A stretch of DNA of 64,000 nt from Elusimicrobiota bacterium (GCA_027451985.1 DAIDHS010000005.1:267-64266); one strand, 5' to 3'. Positions 1 to 9,169 are shown, numbered from the stretch's first letter. The notes: generated by a model not told the origin, from the sequence alone. Translations and numbers: made by a program.

Positions 1-835
1 CGATTAAATCCAGCGCGCCCGCGATGATCGCGCGCATCGCGCGCAGGGGGATGTCCAAGCCAGCCGTCAAGGCCAGCGTTTCCAGGCGCAGGAGCGCCTC
101 GCGGCAGCTTCCCGCGTGGAGCGTGCACAGCGCTCCATCGTGGCCGACGCTCATGGCCTGCAGAAAATCAAAGGCCTCGGGGCCCCGGCACTCGCCCACC
201 AGAATCCGGTCCGGGCGCATGCGCAGGCTGTTTTTGAGCAGATCGCGCAGGGTTACGTCGGCGAGTCCGCTTGCGTCCCGCATCCGGGTGCGCAGGTAGA
301 GGGCGTGCGGCTGGGGCAGCGTGATTTCCGGCGTGTCTTCGAGCACCAGAATCCGCTCCTGCGCCGGGATGAAGGAGGCCAGGGCGTTCATCAGCGTGGT
401 CTTGCCCGAACTGGTTCCTCCGGCGACGAGGACGTTCCTTCTGTTTTCAACCGCGTAGCGCAGGAAGGCGGATGCCGCGGGCGAGAGCGCACCCAGGCGG
501 ATCAAGTCGTCTAAGGAAGGCCGGCGCTCCGGACGCCTGCGCACCGTGATGCAGAGCCCCCCGCGCCCCAGCAACGGAGGGGTCAGAACGTGGACACGGG
601 AGCCGTCTTGCGCGGTCAGGTCCGCATAGGGCCGCGCAGGGCTGAGGTCCGCCTTCGTTCCGATGAGAAATTCCAGGAAACGGATTTTGTCGTCCTCCGA
701 AGCCGCGAACGGCAGCTTCTCAAGCCGTCCGCCTTGGCGTTCAACGTAAATCGAGCCGTCGGCGTTGGCCATAATTTCCGTCGCGGCTGCGTCCCGGGAG
801 AGGGATTGCAGGGCTTGGACCTCGGAGGCGCCCAC
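1..835 (-). CDS. CpaF/TadA-type (VirB11-family) type II/IV secretion ATPase, partial; the 3' end runs off the window
   Basis: My own minus-strand translation. The ORF is absent from the track because it is open at the window edge. It reads ...AATEIMANADGSIYVERQGGRLEKLPF..., with Walker A GGTSSGKTT, RILVGECRGPEAFDFLQAM, and His-box SVGHDGALCTLHAGS. The start is tentative: GTG at 835, just after the upstream stop, or ATG at 772. The upstream frame looks non-coding (Arg/Gly-rich). Confidence 0.8.
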   Translation of the reverse strand, partial: MGASEVQALQSLSRDAAATEIMANADGSIYVERQGGRLEKLPFAASEDDKIRFLEFLIGTKADLSPARPYADLTAQDGSRVHVLTPPLLGRGGLCITVRRRPERRPSLDDLIRLGALSPAASAFLRYAVENRRNVLVAGGTSSGKTTLMNALASFIPAQERILVLEDTPEITLPQPHALYLRTRMRDASGLADVTLRDLLKNSLRMRPDRILVGECRGPEAFDFLQAMSVGHDGALCTLHAGSCREALLRLETLALTAGLDIPLRAMRAIIAGALDLI

Positions 836-837
836 GG

Positions 838-2241
838 CTAGCTCTTCTTGCCGTCTTTGCCGGACGCCGGCTTGGAGACCACGAGTCGAGAGAATGCTGC
901 AAAAAGATCCGTCGCGCTGGGAAAGCGCTTTTCCGGCTCCGCCGCGAGAGCCTTGGCGAAGAGTCCATCCATGGCCGGCCCCAACTCCGGGACATTTTGG
1001 GAGGGCGGGGCGAAAAGCGCCGAGCCGGCGGGATCGCGGCTTTCGAAGAAGGCCGTTTTTCCCGTGAGCATCTCGTAGAGGCAGGCGGCCAGGGAGAAAA
1101 GATCGGATGCGGGCGTGGAGTCTCCTTGTTCCAGGGAGAACTCCGGCGCGGCGTAAGCCAATGCGGCGACCGGCCAGAGCCCGAAACCGCGCATCTTGAC
1201 CTGGGAGGACCCGATGATGATTTCCCCCGGGGCCAGCGGGCCGTGGCAGAAGCCCAAGGCGTGCGCGGCGTCCAGGGCCTCACAGAGGTTCTTCAGGAGC
1301 CGCAAGGCCTGTTCCGGCGAATATCGCCGTTCGGGCAGGCGTTCTAGGGTTTGGCGCAGGGAGTCTCCGCGGAGCGATTCGTAAGCCGCGAAGATATGCA
1401 CGCCGTAGGGAAATACTCCGCGCAGGAGGGCGACGGAGGGGTGCTTGAAGTCAACGGCCTTGCGGGCGCGCTCGAGAGCGCCGGGGACCCCGGGATAGCG
1501 CACGATGGTCATGGACTCGTCGTGCAAGTCACGTCCGTCGTAAACGCAGACGCCGTCGGTCTCTTCCTTGAGGGAGCCCAAGATGAAGCGCCCGCCCAGT
1601 ACGGCGCCGGCCCTGGGCAGCGGCGCCGTCGGGGGGATTTCGGAGGCCGGAACGTGGCCCTGCCCGGGATCCCGGCGGGGCTTGGACTTGGATGAAGATT
1701 TCGGAATCAGCGCGATAAGGAGGACCAGAAGGAGGAGTCCTCCCAGGCCGAGGGCGGCCAGCGGACGCTTGCGGATGGCGCGGCCGCGCAAGAAGGATCC
1801 GGCTCCCGCTGCGGCCCCGGCCGACGGCGGACCCGCCGCGGGTTTTGCGGCCGCGGCAGACGACGGGGCGCGCTTCTTCAAAACGGCCTTGGCCGTGGCT
1901 GTGGACGCGGCGACGTTCTCTTCGGCCATGGCGCTGGTCCAGGCGCGGACTTTCAAGGCTGCGACGGCGGGATCTTGGGAGCCCAGGCGCAGGGCGTTCT
2001 CGGCGTCGCGCCAGGCGCTCCAGTATTCGCGGCGGCCGAACTCGGCCTGGGCTTGGCGCGCGTAGGCCGCGGCCTGCGCCGCGTTCGTGGAGACGGCGAC
2101 GCCCACCGCCGGGGCGCTCGACTTGGCGACCGCGGGGCGCGGCTTGGCCGTCGCGGTGGATTTGGCGACGCCCGCGGCAAAAGCGGGCGCGGCCAAGGGC
2201 CCGAGCGCCAGGAAAAGCCCCAGGAGGCAGTTTGATACAAT
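838..2241 (-). CDS. Membrane-anchored Ser/Thr-kinase-like pseudokinase (hydrophobic N-terminal segment, Ala-rich exported region, TM helix, C-terminal kinase fold)
   Basis: This is the C-terminal about 465 aa of track ORF 838..3063. The kinase fold is retained (AYAAPEF, SDLFSLAACLYEMLTG) but the catalytic motifs are lost. HRDLKPxN reads CHGPLAPGE, DFG reads GFG, there is no GxGxxG loop, and there is no VAIK lysine. A TM segment is PLAALGLGGLLLLVLLIALIP and a signal-like segment is CLLGLFLALGPLAAPAFAAG. The 5' part of the track ORF overlaps tilS and was discarded. The true start is unresolved because there is no canonical start next to the hydrophobic segment. Candidates are ATT 2241, CTG 2223 and GTG 2382. 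Confidence 0.6.
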   Translation of the reverse strand: MVSNCLLGLFLALGPLAAPAFAAGVAKSTATAKPRPAVAKSSAPAVGVAVSTNAAQAAAYARQAQAEFGRREYWSAWRDAENALRLGSQDPAVAALKVRAWTSAMAEENVAASTATAKAVLKKRAPSSAAAAKPAAGPPSAGAAAGAGSFLRGRAIRKRPLAALGLGGLLLLVLLIALIPKSSSKSKPRRDPGQGHVPASEIPPTAPLPRAGAVLGGRFILGSLKEETDGVCVYDGRDLHDESMTIVRYPGVPGALERARKAVDFKHPSVALLRGVFPYGVHIFAAYESLRGDSLRQTLERLPERRYSPEQALRLLKNLCEALDAAHALGFCHGPLAPGEIIIGSSQVKMRGFGLWPVAALAYAAPEFSLEQGDSTPASDLFSLAACLYEMLTGKTAFFESRDPAGSALFAPPSQNVPELGPAMDGLFAKALAAEPEKRFPSATDLFAAFSRLVVSKPASGKDGKKS

Positions 2242-2247
2242 GCGGGC

Positions 2248-3018
2248 GTGAGAAAAGAGTCCTTCGCGGCGCGAGTATGGTCGAAGATCCGGAGCCTGGA
2301 GAAGGAGCGCGGATTTTTCGCCTCCGGAGATCGCGTTCTCGCCGCGATTTCGGGAGGGCCGGATTCGGTCTGCCTGGGGCACTATCTCTGGTCGCAAAGC
2401 CGCCGCCGGGGGTTCGAACTGCATTTCGTCCATTTTCATCACGGCCTGCGCGGGCGCGCCGCCGACGCGGACGCGCGCTTCGTTCTGGAACTGGGCCGGG
2501 TCTGGGGCGTGCCTACGCGCATTATTCGCCTTCCCGTCGCCAAGGCCGCCGCGCGCCGGGGTTTGGGGCTCGAGGAGGCCGGGCGCAAGCTGCGCTACCG
2601 GGCTTTGACCCGGGAGGCCAGGCGCCTGGGCTGCGGCAAGGCCGCCACCGCGCACCACTTGGACGATCAGGCCGAAAGCGTGATGCTGAGCCTGCTGCGC
2701 GGGAGCCGTCTCGAATCCCTGGCCGGAATTTTTCCCGAGCGGCCCTTGGCGCCCGGCGTGACGTTGGTCCGCCCTTTTCTGCGCCTGCGAAAATCCGAGA
2801 TTCTGGACTACGCACGGTTCCACGGCCTCAAGTTCCGGGTGGATCGGACCAACGCCTCGCTCCGCTTTTCCCGCAACTGGGTGCGGCGGGAGGTCCTGCC
2901 GCTTTTGGAGCGCAAAAATCCCCGCGTCCGGGAACGCCTTTCCGCCATCGCCGATGAGGTTCGCCATGAGTTCTTCAGCGCGAAGGCTCCTCACCGAGCG
3001 GAGCGAGCGAAGCGATGA
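2248..3018 (+). CDS. tilS: tRNA(Ile)-lysidine synthase (short form)
   Basis: PP-loop motif AISGGPDSVCL, followed by TAHHLDDQAESVMLSLLRGS, and RPFLRLRKSEILDY. It uses a GTG start and overlaps the 3' end of the convergent gene by 44 nt. Confidence 0.8.
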   Translation: MRKESFAARVWSKIRSLEKERGFFASGDRVLAAISGGPDSVCLGHYLWSQSRRRGFELHFVHFHHGLRGRAADADARFVLELGRVWGVPTRIIRLPVAKAAARRGLGLEEAGRKLRYRALTREARRLGCGKAATAHHLDDQAESVMLSLLRGSRLESLAGIFPERPLAPGVTLVRPFLRLRKSEILDYARFHGLKFRVDRTNASLRFSRNWVRREVLPLLERKNPRVRERLSAIADEVRHEFFSAKAPHRAERAKR

Positions 3019-3730
3019 GCTCTCTCGGGTAGCCGATATCGAGGACTTTAAGCCGGCCGACATATTTGGCGGCGTGGGGCGCCAGAAGCCCGCGCTTGGC
3101 CAGTCCCAACGCCAGGGTCAGTTCGGCCGTCACGTAGACGCCGCTGTGATGTCCCGTGTCCGGGTTGAGGCCGGAGGGCAAATCCAAGGCGACGACCGGC
3201 TTGCCGGAACGGGCCACGGCTTGGATCATGTCCCGGGCCGGGCCGGCGGGCTTGCCGCTGGATCCGGTTCCTAAAATCGCGTCCAAGACGGCATCGGCGC
3301 CGGAGAGGGCGGCCGCGGCGTCTTCCGGCGAGGACCAGGTCGAAACGGGCACCGAGACTTGGCGCGCCTTTTCCAACTGAGCCCGTGTCAGCCCGGGATA
3401 ATCGCCCGCGCCCTCGCCGTCTTTGCGCGGCGGACACAAGAAAACGGAGACCGCAGCGCCGGCGTCTTTGAGGTGCCGGGCTGCGGCCAGGCCGTCGCCG
3501 CCGTTGGCGCCGCGCCCGCAGAAGACGGCTACGCGCTTGAGGGCTCCGCCCGGTTTTTTTTCGTCCAAAAACTTGAGCGTCTCCCGCGCGACCGCGCGTC
3601 CCGCATTCTCCATCAACTCCCGCGATGGCACGCCGTATTTCTGCTCGCAGAGGCCGTCGAGCGCACGCATGTCCTGTGCCGTCGTGGTCGGCAGGCCCTC
3701 GTAAGAAAGCGGCAGCGGCCCGCGGCTCAC
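2975..3730 (-). CDS. NAD(P)H-hydrate epimerase (YjeF N-terminal domain family)
   Basis: Motifs are AQDMRALDGLCEQKYGVPSRELMENAGRAVA, VFCGRGANGGDGLAAARHL and AVLDAILGTG. The start was moved to GTG 3730, which overlaps the upstream stop as GTGA. Confidence 0.8.
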   Translation of the reverse strand: MSRGPLPLSYEGLPTTTAQDMRALDGLCEQKYGVPSRELMENAGRAVARETLKFLDEKKPGGALKRVAVFCGRGANGGDGLAAARHLKDAGAAVSVFLCPPRKDGEGAGDYPGLTRAQLEKARQVSVPVSTWSSPEDAAAALSGADAVLDAILGTGSSGKPAGPARDMIQAVARSGKPVVALDLPSGLNPDTGHHSGVYVTAELTLALGLAKRGLLAPHAAKYVGRLKVLDIGYPRELIASLAPLGEEPSR

Positions 3731-4239
3731 AGGGCTAGGACCTCCGCGTGAAATTGGGAAATCACGGCCGCGACGGACCCGAAGGCGAGCGCGAGACCGA
3801 AGCCGGCCAACGCGAGGCAGGGCCAAAGAAAGGCCAGGGCCGCCGCCAAGCGGCTCACGCTACGGCTGCGCGCAAGAGCTCGGGCGCGCAGCCCGGTATT
3901 GAGGAGCCAAGCCGCGAAGAGAAGGCCGAAGGCCAGAGACAAGGAGCCGGGCGCCGCCCAGCGCGCCAACAGGGCCGCGGGAAGGAGTAGCGTCCAGGAC
4001 AGCTCCGTTTCTGAGGCAATCTTGAAAACATCCAACGCGCTGCCAGGACGGGAAAAAAATTCGAGCATGAGATGCGCCGTCGCGGCGGTGAGAAAGCACG
4101 ACCCCAGGCGCCAGGCGGCCAAGGCGAGAATCAGCGCGGTCAGGCCTCCCCAAGAGAGATGCGCACCGAAGAGAAGGGCCGTACCCGCGGCGAGGCTGGC
4201 GCCGGCCGCGGCGAAGTCGAGAGTGAAATCCGCGCTCAC
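3727..4239 (-). CDS. Hypothetical polytopic membrane protein (about 170 aa)
   Basis: This is the 3' part of track ORF 3727..5190, with hydrophobic helices such as LLFGAHLSWGGLTALILALAAW and LSLAFGLLFAAWLL. It uses a GTG start at 4239, overlapping the sppA stop as GTGA. I did not recognise a family motif. Confidence 0.5.
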   Translation of the reverse strand: MSADFTLDFAAAGASLAAGTALLFGAHLSWGGLTALILALAAWRLGSCFLTAATAHLMLEFFSRPGSALDVFKIASETELSWTLLLPAALLARWAAPGSLSLAFGLLFAAWLLNTGLRARALARSRSVSRLAAALAFLWPCLALAGFGLALAFGSVAAVISQFHAEVLAL

Positions 4240-5237
4240 GGCTGCCACCCGGGCCAGAGGTACTCGAGCCCCATGCGCGGCGGTGCGAGTTCGGAGCTTA
4301 AGGACGCCAAGGGGCCGGGTCCCTCGAAGCGCGACTGAAGCAGGTTGAGGATGTCGCTGAAATGGTCGCCCGCGCGCTGCACATGAGGCGTGCCCCGGAT
4401 GCCGCCCAGCTTGGCCGCCAGATCGAGCGCGTCGGTCGAGTCGCCGAGCTCGTCGACTAAGTGATCTTTGAGAGCCTGATCCCCGGAGAAGATGCGCCCA
4501 TCGGCCAGAGGCTTCAATTGAGTGAGTGGGATGTGTCGTCCGGCGCTGACCGCGGCGAGGAACTGCCCGTAGGCGTCCGAGACCAGGTTCTGCAGCAGCT
4601 GTTTCTCGGCGGGGGTCAAGGGCCGCGCTGGCGAGCCGATGTCCTTGAATTTGCCGGATTTTATGGGCGTCATCTGGTAGCCGATTTTCTTGAAAAGGCC
4701 CTGCAGGTTGCTGATGGGAAAAATCACGCCGATGGATCCGGTGAGCGTTCCCGGGTGGGCTACGATGCGGTCGCAGGCCGTGGCGATGTAGTAGCCGCCC
4801 GAAGCGGCCACGTCGTCGAAAAGGGCCACGACGGGCAGATGATCCTTCCGCTTGATCCGCTCGATTTGGCTGTAGAGTTCCTGCACGGCGCCGACGCTGC
4901 CGCCGGGAGAGTTGATGTCGAGCACGATGGCGCGCACGCCGGGCGTCGCGGCCAGGTCCTTGAGCTTGCGCGTCCACTGCCCGACGCCGCCTTGCGACCA
5001 CGGCGCGGAGCCGTCCGAGGTGTAGATGGGGCCGCGGATGTCGAGCCATCCGACGGAGTCCTGCGGCGAGAGCTCCGAGAGCGGGCCGCCGGAGGCCGCG
5101 CGGTTCTTGGCGCCTCTGGTGATAAGGACGGCCGCGGCCGCCAGGGACAGAAGATAGAGCGAGGCGAGCAGCAAGGGAGTCCTGCGGCACGGCTCGTGCT
5201 TTTCGGGAACGTGCGTCGGTTCGGTATTTTCAGGCAT
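4236..5237 (-). CDS. sppA: Signal peptide peptidase SppA, 36K type
   Basis: Motifs are VRAIVLDINSPGGSVGAVQELY, ASGGYYIATACDRIVAHPGTLTGSIGV and IKSGKFKD, plus an N-terminal TM anchor. Confidence 0.85.
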   Translation of the reverse strand: MPENTEPTHVPEKHEPCRRTPLLLASLYLLSLAAAAVLITRGAKNRAASGGPLSELSPQDSVGWLDIRGPIYTSDGSAPWSQGGVGQWTRKLKDLAATPGVRAIVLDINSPGGSVGAVQELYSQIERIKRKDHLPVVALFDDVAASGGYYIATACDRIVAHPGTLTGSIGVIFPISNLQGLFKKIGYQMTPIKSGKFKDIGSPARPLTPAEKQLLQNLVSDAYGQFLAAVSAGRHIPLTQLKPLADGRIFSGDQALKDHLVDELGDSTDALDLAAKLGGIRGTPHVQRAGDHFSDILNLLQSRFEGPGPLASLSSELAPPRMGLEYLWPGWQP

Positions 5238-5240
5238 ATC

Positions 5241-6524
5241 TTAGCTCCGGCCGCGCGCGGAGGCGCTTTCCACCCGGTTGCGTCCGCCCGCTTTGGCGCG
5301 GTAAAGGGCCGCGTCGGCCTGGGAAATGAGCTCTTCCGGCGTGGTCGCGTCGGCCGGGAAGTGGGCCAGGCCGATGGAGACGCTCACGTGCACTTGGTTG
5401 AAGCCTAGGGAAAATCGCTCTTGTTCGACGGTTTTGCGGATGGCTTCGGCCTTGCGCACGGCGCCCTGGGCCTGGGCGCGGGGGAGGATGACCGCGAATT
5501 CCTCGCCGCCGTAGCGCGCCACGAAGTCGGTTTCGTAGACCGAGGAGTTCAAGAGTTCGCCCAAGCGCTTGAGAACTTGATCCCCGAAGGGATGGCCGTA
5601 GCGGTCATTTAACTCCTTGAAATGATCGATGTCAAGGAGCAGGAGGGACACGGGCGTCTTGAAGGCTTGCGCCCGGACAAGTTCGTCCTTCAAGCGCTCG
5701 TCGAAGCCGCCGCGGCGGTGCACGCCGGTCAGTCCGTCGATGCGCGAGAGGCTCTCCATCTCCTGGAAGATGCGGATGCGCCGGAACGCGAAGGCGATTT
5801 CCTGGGCGAAGGATAGGGCTTTGCCCAGAAGCTCGGGCGCGGGCAGGCCCGCAGGGCAGCGCGCGTAGAAACTGCCCAGGATTTCCCCGTCCGAGATGGG
5901 CACTACGGCCGCCTTTTCCGGGTTCTCGATGACGTGGGCCTGGGCCGGCGAAAGTCCGTGCTCCTGAAGGTATCGCTCCAAAGTGATCCAGGAGGAGCCG
6001 GGGGAAGCCGAAAGCCCGCGGACCAAGAGCGGCCGGAAAGTTCCGGACGGCTCGGCCAGGTAGAAAGCGAAATCCGAGATGCCCAGATACTCCTCCACGG
6101 CCGATTCCAGGCGAGGCCGCACGTCCTCCCAGCCCAGCGCTTCGGTCAGACCCTTGATGAGGCCGTAGAGGGCCAGGGCCTGCTTCTGCTCCCGTCCCGC
6201 GGCCATGCCGCGGCTCTTGGCCTGGGCCAAATCGAGGCGCGCTTTTTCTCCTGAGGCGCGGATTTTCTCGAGGCGGGCCAGCCGCGCGCGTTCCGCGCGG
6301 CGCGCACGGGAGAGCGCGAACCAGGAATAGGCCGAGGCCGCCGCAATCCAGGCGGCCATAATCCAGGCGGGAGAGCCCGCAGGATTTTTGCTCAGGAGCC
6401 ACAGCGCGGCGCCGGCTGCCGCTGGCGCCAGCGCGACCGCGGTCCAGGGCCGGCGGGGGTAGCCCGCCCAGAGCGCCGCCGCGGGCAAAAGCGCCGCCGC
6501 CGCCAAAAGCCAGGCTCCGTTCAC
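5241..6524 (-). CDS. Membrane-bound diguanylate cyclase (GGDEF domain)
   Basis: N-terminal TM helices are followed by RIDGLTGVHRRGGFDE, LLLLDIDHFKELNDRYGHPFGD, ARYGGEEFAVIL and ALYRAKAGGRNR. It uses a GTG start overlapping the upstream stop (GTGA). Confidence 0.85.
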   Translation of the reverse strand: MNGAWLLAAAALLPAAALWAGYPRRPWTAVALAPAAAGAALWLLSKNPAGSPAWIMAAWIAAASAYSWFALSRARRAERARLARLEKIRASGEKARLDLAQAKSRGMAAGREQKQALALYGLIKGLTEALGWEDVRPRLESAVEEYLGISDFAFYLAEPSGTFRPLLVRGLSASPGSSWITLERYLQEHGLSPAQAHVIENPEKAAVVPISDGEILGSFYARCPAGLPAPELLGKALSFAQEIAFAFRRIRIFQEMESLSRIDGLTGVHRRGGFDERLKDELVRAQAFKTPVSLLLLDIDHFKELNDRYGHPFGDQVLKRLGELLNSSVYETDFVARYGGEEFAVILPRAQAQGAVRKAEAIRKTVEQERFSLGFNQVHVSVSIGLAHFPADATTPEELISQADAALYRAKAGGRNRVESASARGRS

Positions 6525-7840
6525 GAGATCACCCTGTCGCGCCCGCCTTCCTTGGCGCGGTAGAGCCTTTGATCCGCCGCGCGCACCAGCTGCGAGGCCG
6601 TGGTGGCGTCCGCGGGAAATCCGGCCACGCCCAGGCTGATGGTGACCGAGGTCTTGGTCCCGCCGAACATGAAGGATTCGGAAGCCACGCGCCGGCGGAT
6701 TTTTTCCGCGGTCTCGCGCGCCTGCTCGATCGAGGCCGAGGGCAGGATGAGCGCGAACTCCTCGCCGCCGTAGCGGGCGGGAAAATCCACGGGCCGGGAG
6801 AAATCCGCGAAGACCGCGGCCACGCTGCGCAGCAGAGCGTCTCCCGCCTGGTGGCCGTAGCGATCGTTGTAGGTCTTGAAGTGATCGATGTCGCCCATGA
6901 TGAGGGCCGCCGTCGTCTGATTGCGGCCGGCGCGCAGGATTTCCTCGGCCAGGCGCTCCTGGAAGGCCTTGTGGCTATAGAGCCGGGTCAGCGGATCGCG
7001 CACGGCCTGGGCGTGGATCTGCTCGTGAAAGCGGATGTTTTCGAGGCTCAGGGACGCGACCGTGGCCAGCACGTCGACGGTCTTCAAGTCCTCGGGGCCG
7101 AAGGCCCCCGGCGCGTCGGCCTCGAGCTTGACGAAGCCGATGACTTGGCGCATGACCGAGAGCGGCACGGCCATGCCGGAACCGAAGGCCGGTTTGGCTC
7201 CGGCCGGAAAGAGGGGGGACTGCCGCGCGTCCTTGACGAGGAGCGGCCCGCCCTTGGCCGCGGCCGCGGCCAAGAGCGCGTCGCCGCGGGGAGCGTCCTG
7301 CACGCCCACCCGGCATCCGGGAAAGCGCGAAGTGAGGATGGACACCAGCCGCGCGCGCACCTCGGCCGCGTCCAAGGCGCTGCCGATGCTCTTGGCGCTC
7401 TCGGTCATCTCGCGTCGCACGCGGACCTGCGCGGCGGCGTCCTTGTGGTAGGCGAGGTAGTAGGATTTCTCGCGCTCGCGGTCGAGAGTCGCCGCCTCGA
7501 TATCCTGGGTTTCCTTGGCGGCGGCGCGCTGGGCGGCGAACTCCAAGCCGCGCAGGGCCGAGAACCCCCAGTTGAGCGCCCAGAGTCCCGCGATTTCGAG
7601 GGCCAGGGGAAGAGCCTGCGCGGAAGGCAGACGCGAGGCCAGGAAGAGCCCCGCGAAGGTCGCCAAAACGATAAAAATGAGAGGCGTCTCGGATTCTCCG
7701 CGCAGATCCGACCAGATGAAGACGGCCCCGTAGAGGGGATAGAAAAAGAGGCCGGCGCCGGGTCTGAGAAACAAAAGGAGAGACACGCCGACGAAGAGGG
7801 AGTCGGAGCCCAAGAGCGTGAGCGTGCGCGCGTAGTTCAT
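6521..7840 (-). CDS. Membrane-bound GAF-like/GGDEF diguanylate cyclase
   Basis: TM N-terminus, then RDPLTRLYSHKAF, MGDIDHFKTYNDRYGHQAGD, ARYGGEEFALIL and RLYRAKEGGRDR. The start ATG overlaps the upstream stop (ATGA). Confidence 0.85.
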   Translation of the reverse strand: MNYARTLTLLGSDSLFVGVSLLLFLRPGAGLFFYPLYGAVFIWSDLRGESETPLIFIVLATFAGLFLASRLPSAQALPLALEIAGLWALNWGFSALRGLEFAAQRAAAKETQDIEAATLDREREKSYYLAYHKDAAAQVRVRREMTESAKSIGSALDAAEVRARLVSILTSRFPGCRVGVQDAPRGDALLAAAAAKGGPLLVKDARQSPLFPAGAKPAFGSGMAVPLSVMRQVIGFVKLEADAPGAFGPEDLKTVDVLATVASLSLENIRFHEQIHAQAVRDPLTRLYSHKAFQERLAEEILRAGRNQTTAALIMGDIDHFKTYNDRYGHQAGDALLRSVAAVFADFSRPVDFPARYGGEEFALILPSASIEQARETAEKIRRRVASESFMFGGTKTSVTISLGVAGFPADATTASQLVRAADQRLYRAKEGGRDRVIS

Positions 7841-8784
7841 GACGAGACGCCGATGTCCTCGGTTTTGACCGCCAAGGCCGAAACTCCGGGCCAGGCCGCT
7901 CCATCGTCTCCCTTGAGCTGGTCCGCAAGCCAGGTGACGGGTTGCGGCTTGTGCGCGACCTCGAGAAATTTCCGACAGCCCGCGGCGTAGGCCGCGCGCA
8001 CGGCCTCCAAGTGCCGCTCGGGGGAGTCCGCCTGCTCGGCCAAGAGGCTCTTGATGCGGCCCGGATCGGTTTCCATTCGGCCCGATGTTCCCATGAACAC
8101 CGGGACGCGGGGGGATTTGACGTCGAGGCTTGAAAGCGCGCTCTCAAGCTCGGCCCGGCAGGAGGAGAATGCGGGCGTGTGGTAGGGCCCCTCGACTTTA
8201 AGCAGGGAAATCTTGACCGGCCAGTCCTCGTCGCGGGCTTTTTGCTTGAAGGCCTCCAAGTCCGCCATGGCCCCGCCCAGGACGCCGCGGCCCACGGTGT
8301 TGTGCAGGGCGACCTTGACGCCGGGGAACGCCGCCAGTTCGTCGGCCACGTCCTGGAAATTCTCGGTCGAGACCGCGGCCAAGCCCATGGGCGCCTGGAA
8401 CGCCTTGCAGGCGCGCGAAAAAGATTCCGCGCGCGCACGAATGAACTTGCCGGAGTCCTCGACGTTCATGGCTCCGGCCGCCACCAGCGCCGCGACCACG
8501 CCCATGGAATGGCCGACGGCTCCGTCAAGCTCGAGGCCGGGATGCGCGGCTTGGTAGGCGAAGAAATTAGCGAGATGATGCGCGTGGATGGCGCGCTGGG
8601 CGTTGAGGGTCAGGGCCAGCTCAGCCTCGGGCGTTTCGGTGAGCAGGCGCTCGAGGTCTTCTCCTAAGAAGGGCGTTAGGCGCCCGACAATCTCTCGCGC
8701 GGCCGGGATTTTAAGGAGGTTTTTGCCCATGCCGGACTCCTGCACGGACTGCCCGGCGAACATCACGCAGTATTTTTCGGGCAA
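7837..8784 (-). CDS. ACP S-malonyltransferase (FabD)-like acyltransferase
   Basis: N-terminal FAGQSVQESGMG, nucleophile elbow GHSMG, and a later GPYHTPAF. It is the first gene of a translationally coupled minus-strand operon. Confidence 0.7.
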   Translation of the reverse strand: MPEKYCVMFAGQSVQESGMGKNLLKIPAAREIVGRLTPFLGEDLERLLTETPEAELALTLNAQRAIHAHHLANFFAYQAAHPGLELDGAVGHSMGVVAALVAAGAMNVEDSGKFIRARAESFSRACKAFQAPMGLAAVSTENFQDVADELAAFPGVKVALHNTVGRGVLGGAMADLEAFKQKARDEDWPVKISLLKVEGPYHTPAFSSCRAELESALSSLDVKSPRVPVFMGTSGRMETDPGRIKSLLAEQADSPERHLEAVRAAYAAGCRKFLEVAHKPQPVTWLADQLKGDDGAAWPGVSALAVKTEDIGVSS

Positions 8785-8803
8785 TAGAATATCCTGGCTA
8801 AAC

Positions 8804-9159
8804 TGGTGGAGGTGGCGGGAATCGCACCCGCGTCCAAACGCCGCCGGCCCGGGCTACTACAGGCTTAGCCCGCCCTTGGTTTCATCCGGAGAAAACGGCG
8901 GACGGCTGCCTCCGGACTATCCCCGTTCGGTCTTTGGATTCCCGCCGACGGTGACCGCGGGAGAATCCGCATCCTGCTTCTTGACACCGGGACCCCCCAG
9001 CAGGAGTCAGGGACCGGCGTGCGCCGACCGCTGTTTAGGCGACGGCCCAGGCCAATGGTGAGTTGGCTTTTGTGTTTTGGCCGGATTTTGTCCTGGCTCT
9101 GGCCAACCAGGGCCTGCAACCACGGGTTCAACGACGCCTGTCGAACCTAATTCACCCCC
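8804..9159 (-). ncRNA. ssrA: tmRNA (SsrA), 356 nt including the encoded CCA
   Basis: On the minus strand the 5' end reads GGGGGUGAAUUAGGUUCGACAGG. The 3' end reads GGACGCGGGUGCGAUUCCCGCCACCUCCACCA. The acceptor stem pairs GGGGGUG with CACCUCC, including a G3:U pair. The candidate tag ORF is GCC AAC UCA CCA UUG GCC UGG GCC GUC GCC UAA, giving ANSPLAWAVA (9035-9067). Confidence 0.9.
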
Positions 9160-9169
9160 GTCTGCAAGC

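Noticed and set aside
2242-3063. The N-terminal about 270 aa of track ORF 838..3063 (minus strand).
   Set aside because: It lies antisense to the well-supported tilS gene. It is Gly/Ala/Arg/Pro-rich with no motifs, which is typical of a high-GC shadow frame. The real protein most likely begins near the hydrophobic segment around 2241.
4240-5190. The upstream part of track ORF 3727..5190 (minus strand, 487 aa).
   Set aside because: It runs out of frame through sppA and is extremely Arg-rich. Only the last about 170 codons, after GTG 4239, look like a real membrane protein.
6569-8438. Long ORFs 6569..7990 (plus strand, 473 aa) and 6975..8438 (minus strand, 487 aa).
   Set aside because: They are antisense or alternative frames of the GGDEF and FabD-like genes. 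They are Arg/Gly/Pro-dominated with no recognisable domains, and are high-GC shadow ORFs.
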